Assembly (NCBI GenBank): GCA_965368975.1
Contig: CBDUPA010000004.1
Coordinates: 64,001-128,000 of the forward strand
Direction of reading: 5' to 3'
From: an uncultured bacterium
Lineage (GTDB): Bacteria > Acidobacteriota > Thermoanaerobaculia > Multivoradales > JAHZIX01
DNA: 64,000 nt
The notes beneath the pieces were generated by a model. The model saw nothing but the letters and a program-made list of their open reading frames with translations, ran no database searches and was not told where the DNA came from. The position numbers and the translations under genes were made by a program. Below are positions 1-9,041 of this stretch, piece by piece. How positions within the stretch are numbered: the stretch's first letter is position 1; each line of letters begins with the position of its first letter.

Positions 1-170
1 AGGGGTTGACGGCGGTCCAGGAACCGGTCTTTCTTACCATCATCGGTGAGATCCCGCGCCTGGGCGATCGCGCGGACGACCTCGAAGGCGATCTGATGCG
101 CAAGAACGAGCTGGAAGAAAAGCTGCGCGCCGCCAACGTCCACCTGGTGGTGATTCCGATGAGCGGCTGA
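1..170 (+). CDS. 3' end of a hypothetical protein (partial, runs off the window start)
   Basis: Open frame from position 3 (GLTAVQEPVFLTIIGEIPRLGDRADDLEGDLMRKNELEEKLRAANVHLVVIPMSG) to TGA at 168-170 with GC3-rich codons; converges on the next gene. Confidence 0.6.
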   Translation, partial: GLTAVQEPVFLTIIGEIPRLGDRADDLEGDLMRKNELEEKLRAANVHLVVIPMSG

Positions 171-199
171 GGTCTCTGCAGCATCTCCAGAAGGGTGAG

Positions 200-1450
200 C
201 TACCGGTTCAACTCGTCGACGGCGGCCTGTATCCCGCGTAGCGTCAGGTCTTCCATCGGGAAGACATCGGCGATGCGTTGCAGGGTGTGCCGCCCGTAGG
301 TGCCGGCCCAGGCGTCCTTCGGAATCGGGTTGAGCCAGACACTGTGGCGGAAGCGCTCGCGCAAGCGTTCGAGCCAGACGATGCTGGGTTCTTCGTCGTC
401 GGCATCCCAGGACAGCGCGCCGCGCTGCGATATCAGTTCCGAAGGGGCCATGCAGGCGTCACCAACGACCAGCAGGCGGGTCTCGCGTGAACCTTGCAGC
501 AGCTTGGCCACCGGCAACGGCTTGCTGCGCCGAGGGTCGCTGTAGACGGTGCCGTAGATGGTGTTGTGGAAGTAGCCGATCTGCAGGTCTTGGAAGCGGT
601 CGCGCAGCTTGGTGAACAGCAGGCGGGTGAGGTGGACCCAGGGCAGCATCGACGTGCCGCCGTTGTCGAGCAGCAGCAAGACGCGGATCTTGTCGCGCAG
701 CTGCTGGCGGAAGACCAGGTCGATCTCGCCGCCGTTGCGGGCGCTGACGTAGACGGTCTCGTCGATGTCCAGCTCGTTGCGCGGTCCACCTGGCTTCATG
801 TGTCGGAGCATGCCCAGAGCCTGGCGGATGTTGTGCCCTTGCAGCGTGGTGGCATCCGAGTAGTCGACGTAGCGTCGCTCGCCGATCACCTTGAGAGCCG
901 AGCGATTGCGGCTCTCGCCGTGCACCCGCACACCACCCTTGGAAAAGCCCGAGTGCCCGAACGGCGACGTGCCGCCGGTACCGACCCACCGTTTCCCGCC
1001 GTGATGCTCCTCCATCTGCTCGCGCACCGTGTCCCAGAAGCGCCGCATCAGCTCCTCGGGTGGCATCTGCCACAGTGCGTAGGGCGGCACCTCGGCGCGC
1101 TGGATCGCCTGCTGCAGCCAGCCCAGGAACTCGGGAGTTTGCAACAGCTCGGGGTCGCCCTCGGCCACGCGCGGTAGCTCTAGGTCGTAGAAGTAGAGGG
1201 CGAAGGCGCGCTCGAAGGTGTCGAGCTGTTCGGGGCGCTTGACGAACACCAGCCGCGCCAGCACGAAGAGACTCTCCAGATTCTGCCCCATGCCGCGCTC
1301 GAGCGCCTGGTAGAAGTCGAGGATCTCCTGCAAGCCGATCGCGATGCCGTTCTCGCGCAGCAGGAAAAAGAAGCCCTGGTAGGGGCCACCCGGGGGTGGC
1401 GCACTGTCGGTGGGGTCGAGCTGGGCGTCAGGGGTCGGAGTGTCGCTCAT
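200..1450 (-). CDS. VWA-domain (CoxE-like) partner of MoxR ATPase
   Basis: GGKRWVGTGGTSPFGHSG motif, ELDIDETV, MIDAS-like LLLDNGGTSM, VGDACMAPSEL, WLNP; directly downstream of the MoxR gene; start taken at ATG 1450 (MSDTPT). Confidence 0.85.
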   Translation of the reverse strand: MSDTPTPDAQLDPTDSAPPPGGPYQGFFFLLRENGIAIGLQEILDFYQALERGMGQNLESLFVLARLVFVKRPEQLDTFERAFALYFYDLELPRVAEGDPELLQTPEFLGWLQQAIQRAEVPPYALWQMPPEELMRRFWDTVREQMEEHHGGKRWVGTGGTSPFGHSGFSKGGVRVHGESRNRSALKVIGERRYVDYSDATTLQGHNIRQALGMLRHMKPGGPRNELDIDETVYVSARNGGEIDLVFRQQLRDKIRVLLLLDNGGTSMLPWVHLTRLLFTKLRDRFQDLQIGYFHNTIYGTVYSDPRRSKPLPVAKLLQGSRETRLLVVGDACMAPSELISQRGALSWDADDEEPSIVWLERLRERFRHSVWLNPIPKDAWAGTYGRHTLQRIADVFPMEDLTLRGIQAAVDELNR

Positions 1451-1469
1451 GGAGGAGTTACCGGGTGCG

Positions 1470-2354
1470 TCAGTTCCAGGGAGACTTCTTCTTGCCGGCG
1501 CGTTCGTCGAGGCGGTGCTTGTTCTGCCGGTAGTCGAGAATGTCACCGGTGCGCTTGAGCAGGGTGCCGAGGAAGGGTACGTCGCGATTGTCCTTCAGTC
1601 CCCCAGCCTGCAGGTCCGTGCCGCTGGCCTGCAGGGCGCCCAGCCAGTCCAGGAGTTCACTCGTCGCCGGTGCCTTCTCGAACTCCTGCGCGCGTAGCTG
1701 GTAGAAGATCTCCAGCGCCGGCTCGAGCAGGGACGCAGCGACCTTCGGGAAGTGCAGGTCCACGATCTCGCGCATCTCTTCTGGGTTGGGGAATGGGATG
1801 TGGTGGCAGAAGCAGCGGCGCAGGAAGGGGTCGGAGAGCTCTCGCTTGGCATTGGAAGTGAGCAGGATCAGCGGTCGCTGCCTGGCCTTGATCACCTGGT
1901 TCACCTCGCGGATGGTGAACTCGCATTCTTCGAGCACGTCGAGCAGGTTGTCCTGTACGTCGCTCTCGGTCTTGTCGATCTCGTCGAGCAAGAGCACCAC
2001 GCGTTCGTCACTGCGGAAGGCGCGGCCGATCGGGCCCCAGATCACGTAGTCGAAGAACTTGTCGACGTTGCGGCCGGTCTCGCCGGGACCGAAGCGGGCG
2101 TCGTTGAGGCGCAGCACGGTGTCTTGCACGTAACAGACTTCCTCGCCCTTGATCGTCGACTTGGCGCGCAGCACCTCGATCGGCATCTCCAGTGATCGAC
2201 TGATCTCGAACGCCAGCTGCGTCTTGCCGGTGCCGGCCTCGCCGGTCAGCAGCAGGGGTTTCTCCATCGCTATGGCGATGTTGACGATCGCCTGCAGCTC
2301 GGGATTGATGTAGTACTTGTCGGTGCCAGTGAATCTAGTGCCGGCGAACTTCAT
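1470..2354 (-). CDS. MoxR-family AAA+ ATPase
   Basis: Walker A GEAGTGKT, Walker B LLLDEIDK, TSNAKRELSDPFLRRC; AGGAG RBS upstream of ATG 2354. Confidence 0.9.
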   Translation of the reverse strand: MKFAGTRFTGTDKYYINPELQAIVNIAIAMEKPLLLTGEAGTGKTQLAFEISRSLEMPIEVLRAKSTIKGEEVCYVQDTVLRLNDARFGPGETGRNVDKFFDYVIWGPIGRAFRSDERVVLLLDEIDKTESDVQDNLLDVLEECEFTIREVNQVIKARQRPLILLTSNAKRELSDPFLRRCFCHHIPFPNPEEMREIVDLHFPKVAASLLEPALEIFYQLRAQEFEKAPATSELLDWLGALQASGTDLQAGGLKDNRDVPFLGTLLKRTGDILDYRQNKHRLDERAGKKKSPWN

Positions 2355-2449
2355 GTGGGGCTGTTCTCCTGAGGCGGGATCGTTCTCGGCCTGGAATCGG
2401 CCGTCGAGATCGTGCAGCCTATCAAACAGCCCTGCTACCATCTGCCGCC

Positions 2450-3442
2450 ATGGGACGCTTGTTTTCAGCTGTCACTGGCTCCGCTCTCGCCGCACTCTTG
2501 TTGGCCTTGTGCTGTTCGGCTTGCGGCCGGCCGGGTGGGCTGTCCTCGGAGGGGGGCGACCCTCCAGACGTCGAAAGCACCGTTGCAGCTGAGTTCGCAC
2601 GGCTCGTCGTGCTCGCCCCTGGCGCCGCTGAGATGCTGGGACGGCTGGGGCTGAGCGAGCAGGTGGTCGGTGTCGGCGATTTCGTGCACTGGCCGCCGGA
2701 GCTGACGTCGAAGCCGCGTGTCGGTGCCTATGACGCACCCAATGCCGAGGTGATCCTGTCCCTCGATGCCGACCTACTCATCACCACCCGCAGCCAGGCG
2801 GCGCGCTCGGGACTGCGCCGGCTGGAGGAGCTGGGTGTCGAGGTGCTGGAGCTCGACACCGAGAGCTTCGACGAGATCGTCGAGGCGTACCGGATTCTGG
2901 GTGCCCGCTTGCACAAGGAAGCGGAAGCGGCGGCCTTGGTCGCCGAGCTGCAGCGACGGCAGGCGTTGGTGCGGGAGCGAGTGGTGGGAGTGCCGAAGCG
3001 TCGTGTGTTGGTGGTGGTGGGGCGCGATCCGCTGTTCGTCGCGGGACCGGGCTCGCACCTCGACCGCATGATCCAGGATGCCGGCGGCACCAATGTCGCC
3101 GCGGACGTCGGTGCGGCCTACCGGCAGATGTCGCGCGAGGCGATGCTGGAGCGCTCGCCGGAGGTGATCGTCGACACGTCGGACAACCGGCCCGGCGCGC
3201 CGCGTGGACGCGAAGTCGGCACCTGGGCACAGTGGGATTTTCTGCCGGCCGTCGAGCAGGAGCGTGTTTACCATGTGCATCCGGACCGCCTGGTGATTCC
3301 GGGGCCGCGCCTACCCGAGATGACGGAGTTGATGGCCAAGCTGATCCATCCGGAGCTGTTCGGCGAGGCGACGCTGCCGGAGTTCGGGCCGCTGGACCCG
3401 GCCGTTCATCTGGGCCCGATCGATGAGGAGGCCGGCCCGTGA
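2450..3442 (+). CDS. Cobalamin/iron-chelate ABC transporter substrate-binding lipoprotein (BtuF-like)
   Basis: Signal peptide with lipobox-like CSAC; RLVVLAPGAAEML, PNAEVILSLDADL, PGPRL motifs of the helical-backbone metal receptor family. Confidence 0.85.
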   Translation: MGRLFSAVTGSALAALLLALCCSACGRPGGLSSEGGDPPDVESTVAAEFARLVVLAPGAAEMLGRLGLSEQVVGVGDFVHWPPELTSKPRVGAYDAPNAEVILSLDADLLITTRSQAARSGLRRLEELGVEVLELDTESFDEIVEAYRILGARLHKEAEAAALVAELQRRQALVRERVVGVPKRRVLVVVGRDPLFVAGPGSHLDRMIQDAGGTNVAADVGAAYRQMSREAMLERSPEVIVDTSDNRPGAPRGREVGTWAQWDFLPAVEQERVYHVHPDRLVIPGPRLPEMTELMAKLIHPELFGEATLPEFGPLDPAVHLGPIDEEAGP

Positions 3443-4506
3443 CGCTGACGCGCCGTCGCTTGCTGACGTGGTGCCTGGGGCTGTCGCTGCTGCTGGCTGT
3501 CTGCCTGACGCTAGGGGCGTCGTTGGGGGCCGGCGGTGTGTCGCTGGCACGCCTGCTCGATGCCGTGCTGGGCGGCGAGCCGCTGAGCCGAGCTGAAGCG
3601 TCGATCTTCTTCCAGGTGCGGCTGCCGCGCGTGCTGCTGGCGGCGGTGCTCGGCGGTTGCCTGACGCTGGCTGGCGTCGTCTTCCAGGCGCTGCTGCGCA
3701 ATCCGCTCGCCGATCCGTACGTGCTCGGCGTCTCCGGCGGCGCCAGCATCGGCGGTGTCGTCGCGCTGATGCTCGGTGCCGGGGCACTGAGTGTGCCGGT
3801 TCTGGGTCTTTCCTTGGGGAGCCTTGCAGTGCCCGCTTTCGCCTTTGCCGGGGCGCTGGGAGCCCTGTTCTTGATCCAGCGCGTAGCCACCGTCGACGGC
3901 CGGTTGACAGTGTTCACCATGCTGCTGACCGGCGTCGTGTTCAACGCCTTCAGTGGCGCGCTGATCTACTTCCTGCAGAGCCTGGCCTCGCTGCAGGAGC
4001 TGCATGCCATCGTCTTCTACCTGATGGGATCGATCCCGTCCCTGGGCTATCCGGCGGTACTGACGCTGAGTGTCGTGGCGCTGTTGGCGGTCGGTTACCT
4101 GTTCACCCTGGCGCGCGACTACAACACGCTCAGCTTGGGCGAGGACGGCGCGGCGCAGCTGGGGGTGGACGTCGAGACGCTGAAGGTGCGGACCTTCGTC
4201 GTCGGCTGTCTGCTGACCGGCCTGTGCGTCGCGGTGGCGGGATTGATCGGCTTCGTCGGCCTGGTGGTGCCGCACTTGCTGCGTCTTCTACTCGGGCCGG
4301 ACCATCGCTTGCTGTTGCCGGCGGGCTTCCTCGGCGGGGCTGCCTTCCTTGTGTTGGCCGACTTGCTGGCGCGCTTGCTGCTCGCACCGACGGAGATTCC
4401 GGTCGGCGTCGTGACGGCGCTGATCGGTGGCCCGTTCTTCCTGCACTTGATGCGACGCGGTTCTGTCGCTGGGACGCGCGCCAGCAGCGCTCACGCGCGG
4501 GCCTGA
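3439..4506 (+). CDS. FecCD/BtuC-family ABC permease
   Basis: RLPRVLLA, LLRNPLADPYVLGVSGGA, GLIGFVGLVVPH, EIPVGVVTALIGGPFF; GTGA overlap with upstream gene. Confidence 0.92.
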   Translation: MTLTRRRLLTWCLGLSLLLAVCLTLGASLGAGGVSLARLLDAVLGGEPLSRAEASIFFQVRLPRVLLAAVLGGCLTLAGVVFQALLRNPLADPYVLGVSGGASIGGVVALMLGAGALSVPVLGLSLGSLAVPAFAFAGALGALFLIQRVATVDGRLTVFTMLLTGVVFNAFSGALIYFLQSLASLQELHAIVFYLMGSIPSLGYPAVLTLSVVALLAVGYLFTLARDYNTLSLGEDGAAQLGVDVETLKVRTFVVGCLLTGLCVAVAGLIGFVGLVVPHLLRLLLGPDHRLLLPAGFLGGAAFLVLADLLARLLLAPTEIPVGVVTALIGGPFFLHLMRRGSVAGTRASSAHARA

Positions 4507-4507
4507 C

Positions 4508-5344
4508 ATGCGGCTGGAGATCAATAACCTGAGCTTTGCCTATGACCGCACCTCGGTGCTGGAGGACTTCGACCTGCGTGTCGAGCCCGGCGAGGTCGTG
4601 GGCTTGTTGGGACCGAACGGTTCGGGTAAGAGCACGGTGGTCAAGTTGGTCTCCGGTGTACTGGGTGGTTATGACGGCAGCATTCACCTGGACGGCATCG
4701 AGCGTGCGTCGATCGCGCCGCGCGAGCTGGCGCAACGGCTGGCCGTGGTGCCGCAGGAGCCGCGCTTCGGCTTTCCCTTCAGCGCTTTGGAGGTGGTGCT
4801 GATGGGACGCCACCCGCACCTCGGCCGACTGGCCTTCGAGGGCGAAGAGGATGTGCGGCTGGCGCGCGCGGCGCTCGAACGGTGCGGCGCACTGGTGCTG
4901 GCCGAGCGCTCGATCCAGCAGCTGTCGTCCGGCGAGCGGCAACGGGTCGTGTTTGCCCGCGCCCTGGCGCAGCAGCCGCGGTTGCTGCTGCTCGACGAGC
5001 CCACGAGTTTCCTCGACATCCGCCACCAGGTAGAGCTCTACGACCTGGTGCGGGATCTGGCGGAGCGCGAGAACGTCGGCGTGTTGACGGTGCTGCACGA
5101 CCTCAACTTGGCTGCCGAGTACTGCGATCGCATCTACCTGCTGCGCTCCGGCCGCTTGCACGCTGCCGGCAGTGTGGAGGAGGTGTTCACCTACGCCAAC
5201 CTCACCGAGGTCTACGGCACGGATCTCTACGTCGACGTCAACGACCTGACCGGCCGCTTGCTGGTCGTACCCCTGTCGCGCCGTGCTCGGGAGGTTGTGG
5301 CGAAGCGCCAGATCCAGGATGTGCAGTCCGACGCCGTGCGCTAA
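4508..5344 (+). CDS. ABC transporter ATP-binding subunit (BtuD/FepC-like)
   Basis: GPNGSGKS, LSSGERQRV, LLLLDEPT, VLHDLNLA. Confidence 0.93.
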   Translation: MRLEINNLSFAYDRTSVLEDFDLRVEPGEVVGLLGPNGSGKSTVVKLVSGVLGGYDGSIHLDGIERASIAPRELAQRLAVVPQEPRFGFPFSALEVVLMGRHPHLGRLAFEGEEDVRLARAALERCGALVLAERSIQQLSSGERQRVVFARALAQQPRLLLLDEPTSFLDIRHQVELYDLVRDLAERENVGVLTVLHDLNLAAEYCDRIYLLRSGRLHAAGSVEEVFTYANLTEVYGTDLYVDVNDLTGRLLVVPLSRRAREVVAKRQIQDVQSDAVR

Positions 5345-5419
5345 ACTAGCTTCAGTGGTTCGGCCGTCTCATCTGCCCACTCAGGCCATCTTTCCGCCGC
5401 CAAGGAGTTCGAACTCGAT

Positions 5420-6340
5420 ATGGGTCTATTGCATGGCTCCGTCAGCCTCACGCGCTTCAATGTTGTCGACTGCCCCGAGGAGGTCGACTTCGAGGCGCTG
5501 CGCTTCGAGGAGATTCCCACCAACTCGGAAATCAAAGAGCAGCTGGGTTTCGTGCCGTTCGAACTCGATGCGCCCTACCAGGTCGGGCAGCGACGCTGGG
5601 TGTTCCGGGTTCGCATCGATCAGCGCAAGCCCGACACGACGGCGGTACGCGAGCGACTGCGGCAGTTGATCCACACGGAAATGGAGCTGACCGGCGTCGA
5701 GTTCGTTGGCGCCAAGAAGCGCAAGCAGCTGCGCCAGCTGGCCGAAGAGGAGTTGCTGTACCAGACGACCCCGCGCTCCAAGATCATCGAAGGCTGCATC
5801 GACAACAAGGTGGCCTACCTGGCAACTACGGCGAAGAACTACCTCGGGCTGATCGTCCTGCTGCTGCGCAAGGTGGGCGTCGTGCTCGACTTCAAGACGC
5901 CGTGGTTGGACGTCGGCGAAGCGTATGTCGACAGTGAGGTCGTGCGCACCGACGAGCCCGGGCAATCGGTGCTCGGCTGCCGCTTCCTGCGCGAGCTGAT
6001 CGGTGATCGAGACGTGGCCTTGGAGCCGGAGAGTGGCAGCGTGCGGCTGCAGACCGAGGAGCTACGCGTCAGCTTGTCGGGAGCGGTGCTCAAGGATCTG
6101 CGTCGCTATATCGAGCAGGGTGCCGAGGTGCTGTCCGCCAAGCTCAAGACGCGAGACGCGTCGTTCCGCTTCGACGCCTTGAGCTATCGCCTCAACAGCC
6201 TGCAGATCGAAGTCGAGAGTGAAGAGCACTGGACGGAGCGGCTGGATGCTCGCCTGGAACGCATCGCCGAACTCTGGCAGTTGCTGGATGACAAGTACGA
6301 GACCCTGATGAATCGCGCCAGCCGGCCCGCGGAGTCCTAG
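5420..6340 (+). CDS. RdgC-like (recombination-associated) protein
   Basis: N-terminus MGLLHGSVSLTRF, GFVP, RIDQRKPD..AVRERL, KKRKQLRQLAEEELL..PRS pattern resembles RdgC-family proteins; recognised by eye only. Confidence 0.55.
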   Translation: MGLLHGSVSLTRFNVVDCPEEVDFEALRFEEIPTNSEIKEQLGFVPFELDAPYQVGQRRWVFRVRIDQRKPDTTAVRERLRQLIHTEMELTGVEFVGAKKRKQLRQLAEEELLYQTTPRSKIIEGCIDNKVAYLATTAKNYLGLIVLLLRKVGVVLDFKTPWLDVGEAYVDSEVVRTDEPGQSVLGCRFLRELIGDRDVALEPESGSVRLQTEELRVSLSGAVLKDLRRYIEQGAEVLSAKLKTRDASFRFDALSYRLNSLQIEVESEEHWTERLDARLERIAELWQLLDDKYETLMNRASRPAES

Positions 6341-6373
6341 CGGGACAGCTCCGGCGCCGTCGGAGATCCGACC

Positions 6374-7465
6374 ATGAAGAATCTCTCCTCGCTGGAACGT
6401 GCAAGCCTCGACGAGCAGTGGAACGATGCCGATTCGCTGGCAACCTGGCTGGCCCATGACGAGAGCCTGGCACAGCTCGGGGACGCCCTGGATCTTCAGC
6501 TGATCCTGCGGGACACGGACGTACTGGCTACCGAGCCGCATCGAGTGCCCCTGCTGTGTGAGGACCTGCATCAAGAGGGTCGCTCTGTGGTCGTGCAACC
6601 CCAAGTCGAGGCCGCGGTGCCTGGACAGTTGGGCTCGTTGCTGCTGCAAGCGGCCGCGCTGGACGCCACCGCTGTCGTGTGGGTGGCGGCGTCGTTCCCG
6701 CCGTCGCTGCGTGCCACGCTCGAATGGCTCAATCGCAAGACCTACCACCAGTGTGCCTTCTACGTTGTCGAGTTGCAGCTCTGGCGCATCGGTACATCGT
6801 CACCAGCGCCGCGCTTCGAGGTGGTCGTGCGGCCGAGCGAAGGCAAGGAGGCGGTCGATGCCGCGCTCGCCTACCGGCGGGCCACCAGTTCCTTCGGGGC
6901 GCGTCCACGACATCCTGTCGACCTGCACGTCGACGATCACTTGCGTGCTGAGGATTGGCTGCATCACTGGCAGGAGTTTGTCGATTATGCTGCCGGGGCT
7001 TCGGGAGCCGGCAGCGAGAGCAATGAGCCTGCTGCCGTGCCGCTGCCGCAGCCGGCAGCGCGCAGCTGGATCGAGATTCCGTTTGACTTTCCCGGGATTC
7101 GCGTGACCTTGGCGCACTCGGCACGCGTGGCGGAAACCAGTATCTTTGTGCTGGCGCGCCGTCAGCCGACACCCAATCTGCACCGCGCTCTAGAGCGCCA
7201 CCAAGCCCAGATCGAGGCTGCGCTGGGGACGGGCGTGCAGTGGCACCTGTCGCCCGAGGAGGGGGACTACATCGGCTTTGCCGAGCGTTTGCCGCAGTCG
7301 TCGTGTTCGCTGCCGTCCGCGATCCGAACTCAGCGTGAGGAGCATTTCGCTCGGCTGCTGGAAATCCTCTCGCGGCTGCGCGCCGTCTTGGAGGATGTCG
7401 TCAAAGCCGCCCACAATGGGGAGGCGTCCGAAGCGCAAGCTTCCGCCGGCGAATCTCCCACCTGA
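6374..7465 (+). CDS. DUF4268-type endonuclease-fold protein with degenerate active site
   Basis: WLAHDESLAQLGDALDL, LGSLLLQAAALDATAVVWVA, LEWLN, ELQLWRIGTSSPAPRFEVVVRP match the family; expected acidic catalytic residues are absent. Confidence 0.65.
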   Translation: MKNLSSLERASLDEQWNDADSLATWLAHDESLAQLGDALDLQLILRDTDVLATEPHRVPLLCEDLHQEGRSVVVQPQVEAAVPGQLGSLLLQAAALDATAVVWVAASFPPSLRATLEWLNRKTYHQCAFYVVELQLWRIGTSSPAPRFEVVVRPSEGKEAVDAALAYRRATSSFGARPRHPVDLHVDDHLRAEDWLHHWQEFVDYAAGASGAGSESNEPAAVPLPQPAARSWIEIPFDFPGIRVTLAHSARVAETSIFVLARRQPTPNLHRALERHQAQIEAALGTGVQWHLSPEEGDYIGFAERLPQSSCSLPSAIRTQREEHFARLLEILSRLRAVLEDVVKAAHNGEASEAQASAGESPT

Positions 7466-7486
7466 TCGCTGATCTCAGGAGACCTC

Positions 7487-9025
7487 ATGCGCTACGCTGC
7501 CCTCGAAGCCTCCATCCCGCGGCCTCTCGGGCAGTCAGCAGCGGCTGATACCGACAGCTGCACGTCCAACAAGAGCTGGTTCCGGGCTCTCTTCGAGAGT
7601 CTCTTCAGACGCGGCGTCGAGAGCTGGTTGTGGCCGATCCCGCGTCCGCAGCAGAGGCTCAACGCCGAGCGGCGGGCAGCCCTGCCGGAGTCTGTGCGCA
7701 GCTTGCCCCAGCAGACGCTGACCGCCAGTCACCACTCGTGCGGGGCGACGCACAGCTTGATGGAGCGCTGCAACTTCGCGTGCACCAGCTGCTATCTCAG
7801 CACCGAGGCCAACGCGGCGGCGCCGCTGCCGTGGCCGCAGGTCAAGGCACAGCTCGATCAGCTGCGTGCCTTCTTGGGGGAAGAGGGCAAGGCGCAGCTG
7901 ACCTCCGGGGAGGTGACGCTGCTACCCGTCGACGTCCTGGGTTCCTACGTCGAGTATGCCCGCCAGATCGGCCTCGATCCGATGGTGATGACACACGGCG
8001 AGCGGCTGCTCGAGGAGCCCGCCTATCTGCGCACCCTCGTCCAGCGCTATGGCCTGCGCAAGCTCTCCGTGCACGTGGATGTGACGCAGCGGGGGCGTCA
8101 AGGTTGGCGTTCCGGGCTGCAGGAGCACGAGCTGCACGGGCTTCGCGATCAGTATGCACAGCTGTTGCGCCAGGTGCGTCGCGAGACGGGAGCCCGTGTC
8201 AAAGCCGGGCACACCGTGACGCTGAACCACGACAATCTGGACGGCGTTCCGGATATCGTGCGCTGGGTGCGGGACAACGCAGATGCCTTCCGCATTGTCA
8301 GCTTCCAGCCAGCGGCGCCGGTCGGTCGCACCCAGGATGCGCCGCTTCAAGTCAGCCTCGACGAGGTGTGGCGGCGAGTCTGTGACGGCTTGGGGCGCGA
8401 TCTCAATCGGCACGCGGTCTACTTCGGTCATCCCGAATGCTCGATCGTTGCGCCGTTGACCATCGTCCGCAGTGGTGAGCAGGCGCTGGTGATCGAGATG
8501 GCACGCGCCGACCGCCGCTGGGACGCTGGCTTCGTGCGTCGTATGCTCGCTGGGTCCGCGGCCTGGGCGCCGGAGGCCCTCGGCAAGTTCTTCGGCCTCC
8601 TGGGCTTCGGTTTGGGAGACGACTCGCTGCTCGGGCTGTCGCGCCGCCGGTGGAATCCGCTCGCTTGGCTGACGCTGGCAGCGCGCAACCTGCCCCTGCT
8701 CGTCGAGCTGCCGTTCTATGGTCTCTACCGCCTGTGGGGAGAACGCCGGGCATTGCTGAGGCTTACTGCGCAGATCCTGCGTGGCCGCGGCCTCTCCGTG
8801 CGCGCCATGGCGGTGGTGGTGCACAAATTCATGAGCGCCGAGGAATTGGCGACACCGCTGGGTCAGGAGCGATTGCAGGCCTGTGCCTTCCACCTGCCGG
8901 TCGACGGCCGCATGGTGCCGATGTGCGAAGTCAACGCTACCGACCTGCGCCAGAGGCTCAACCGGCAGTTGCGCCGCCGCCCGGCCCAGAAACAAGTAGA
9001 GTCCCAGGCGTTCGAAGACACCTGA
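7487..9025 (+). CDS. Radical SAM protein
   Basis: CNFACTSC (CxxxCxxC), SGEVTL in the GGE position, MTHG, C-terminal CAFHLPVDGRMVPMCEVN; AGGAG RBS. Confidence 0.88.
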   Translation: MRYAALEASIPRPLGQSAAADTDSCTSNKSWFRALFESLFRRGVESWLWPIPRPQQRLNAERRAALPESVRSLPQQTLTASHHSCGATHSLMERCNFACTSCYLSTEANAAAPLPWPQVKAQLDQLRAFLGEEGKAQLTSGEVTLLPVDVLGSYVEYARQIGLDPMVMTHGERLLEEPAYLRTLVQRYGLRKLSVHVDVTQRGRQGWRSGLQEHELHGLRDQYAQLLRQVRRETGARVKAGHTVTLNHDNLDGVPDIVRWVRDNADAFRIVSFQPAAPVGRTQDAPLQVSLDEVWRRVCDGLGRDLNRHAVYFGHPECSIVAPLTIVRSGEQALVIEMARADRRWDAGFVRRMLAGSAAWAPEALGKFFGLLGFGLGDDSLLGLSRRRWNPLAWLTLAARNLPLLVELPFYGLYRLWGERRALLRLTAQILRGRGLSVRAMAVVVHKFMSAEELATPLGQERLQACAFHLPVDGRMVPMCEVNATDLRQRLNRQLRRRPAQKQVESQAFEDT

Positions 9026-9041
9026 GGAGTTGTGACGCCAT

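Noticed and set aside
2355-2449. Cobalamin riboswitch upstream of the Btu-like importer
   Set aside because: The region is only 95 bp, has no recognisable B12 box, and a -10 element sits 8 nt from the ATG.
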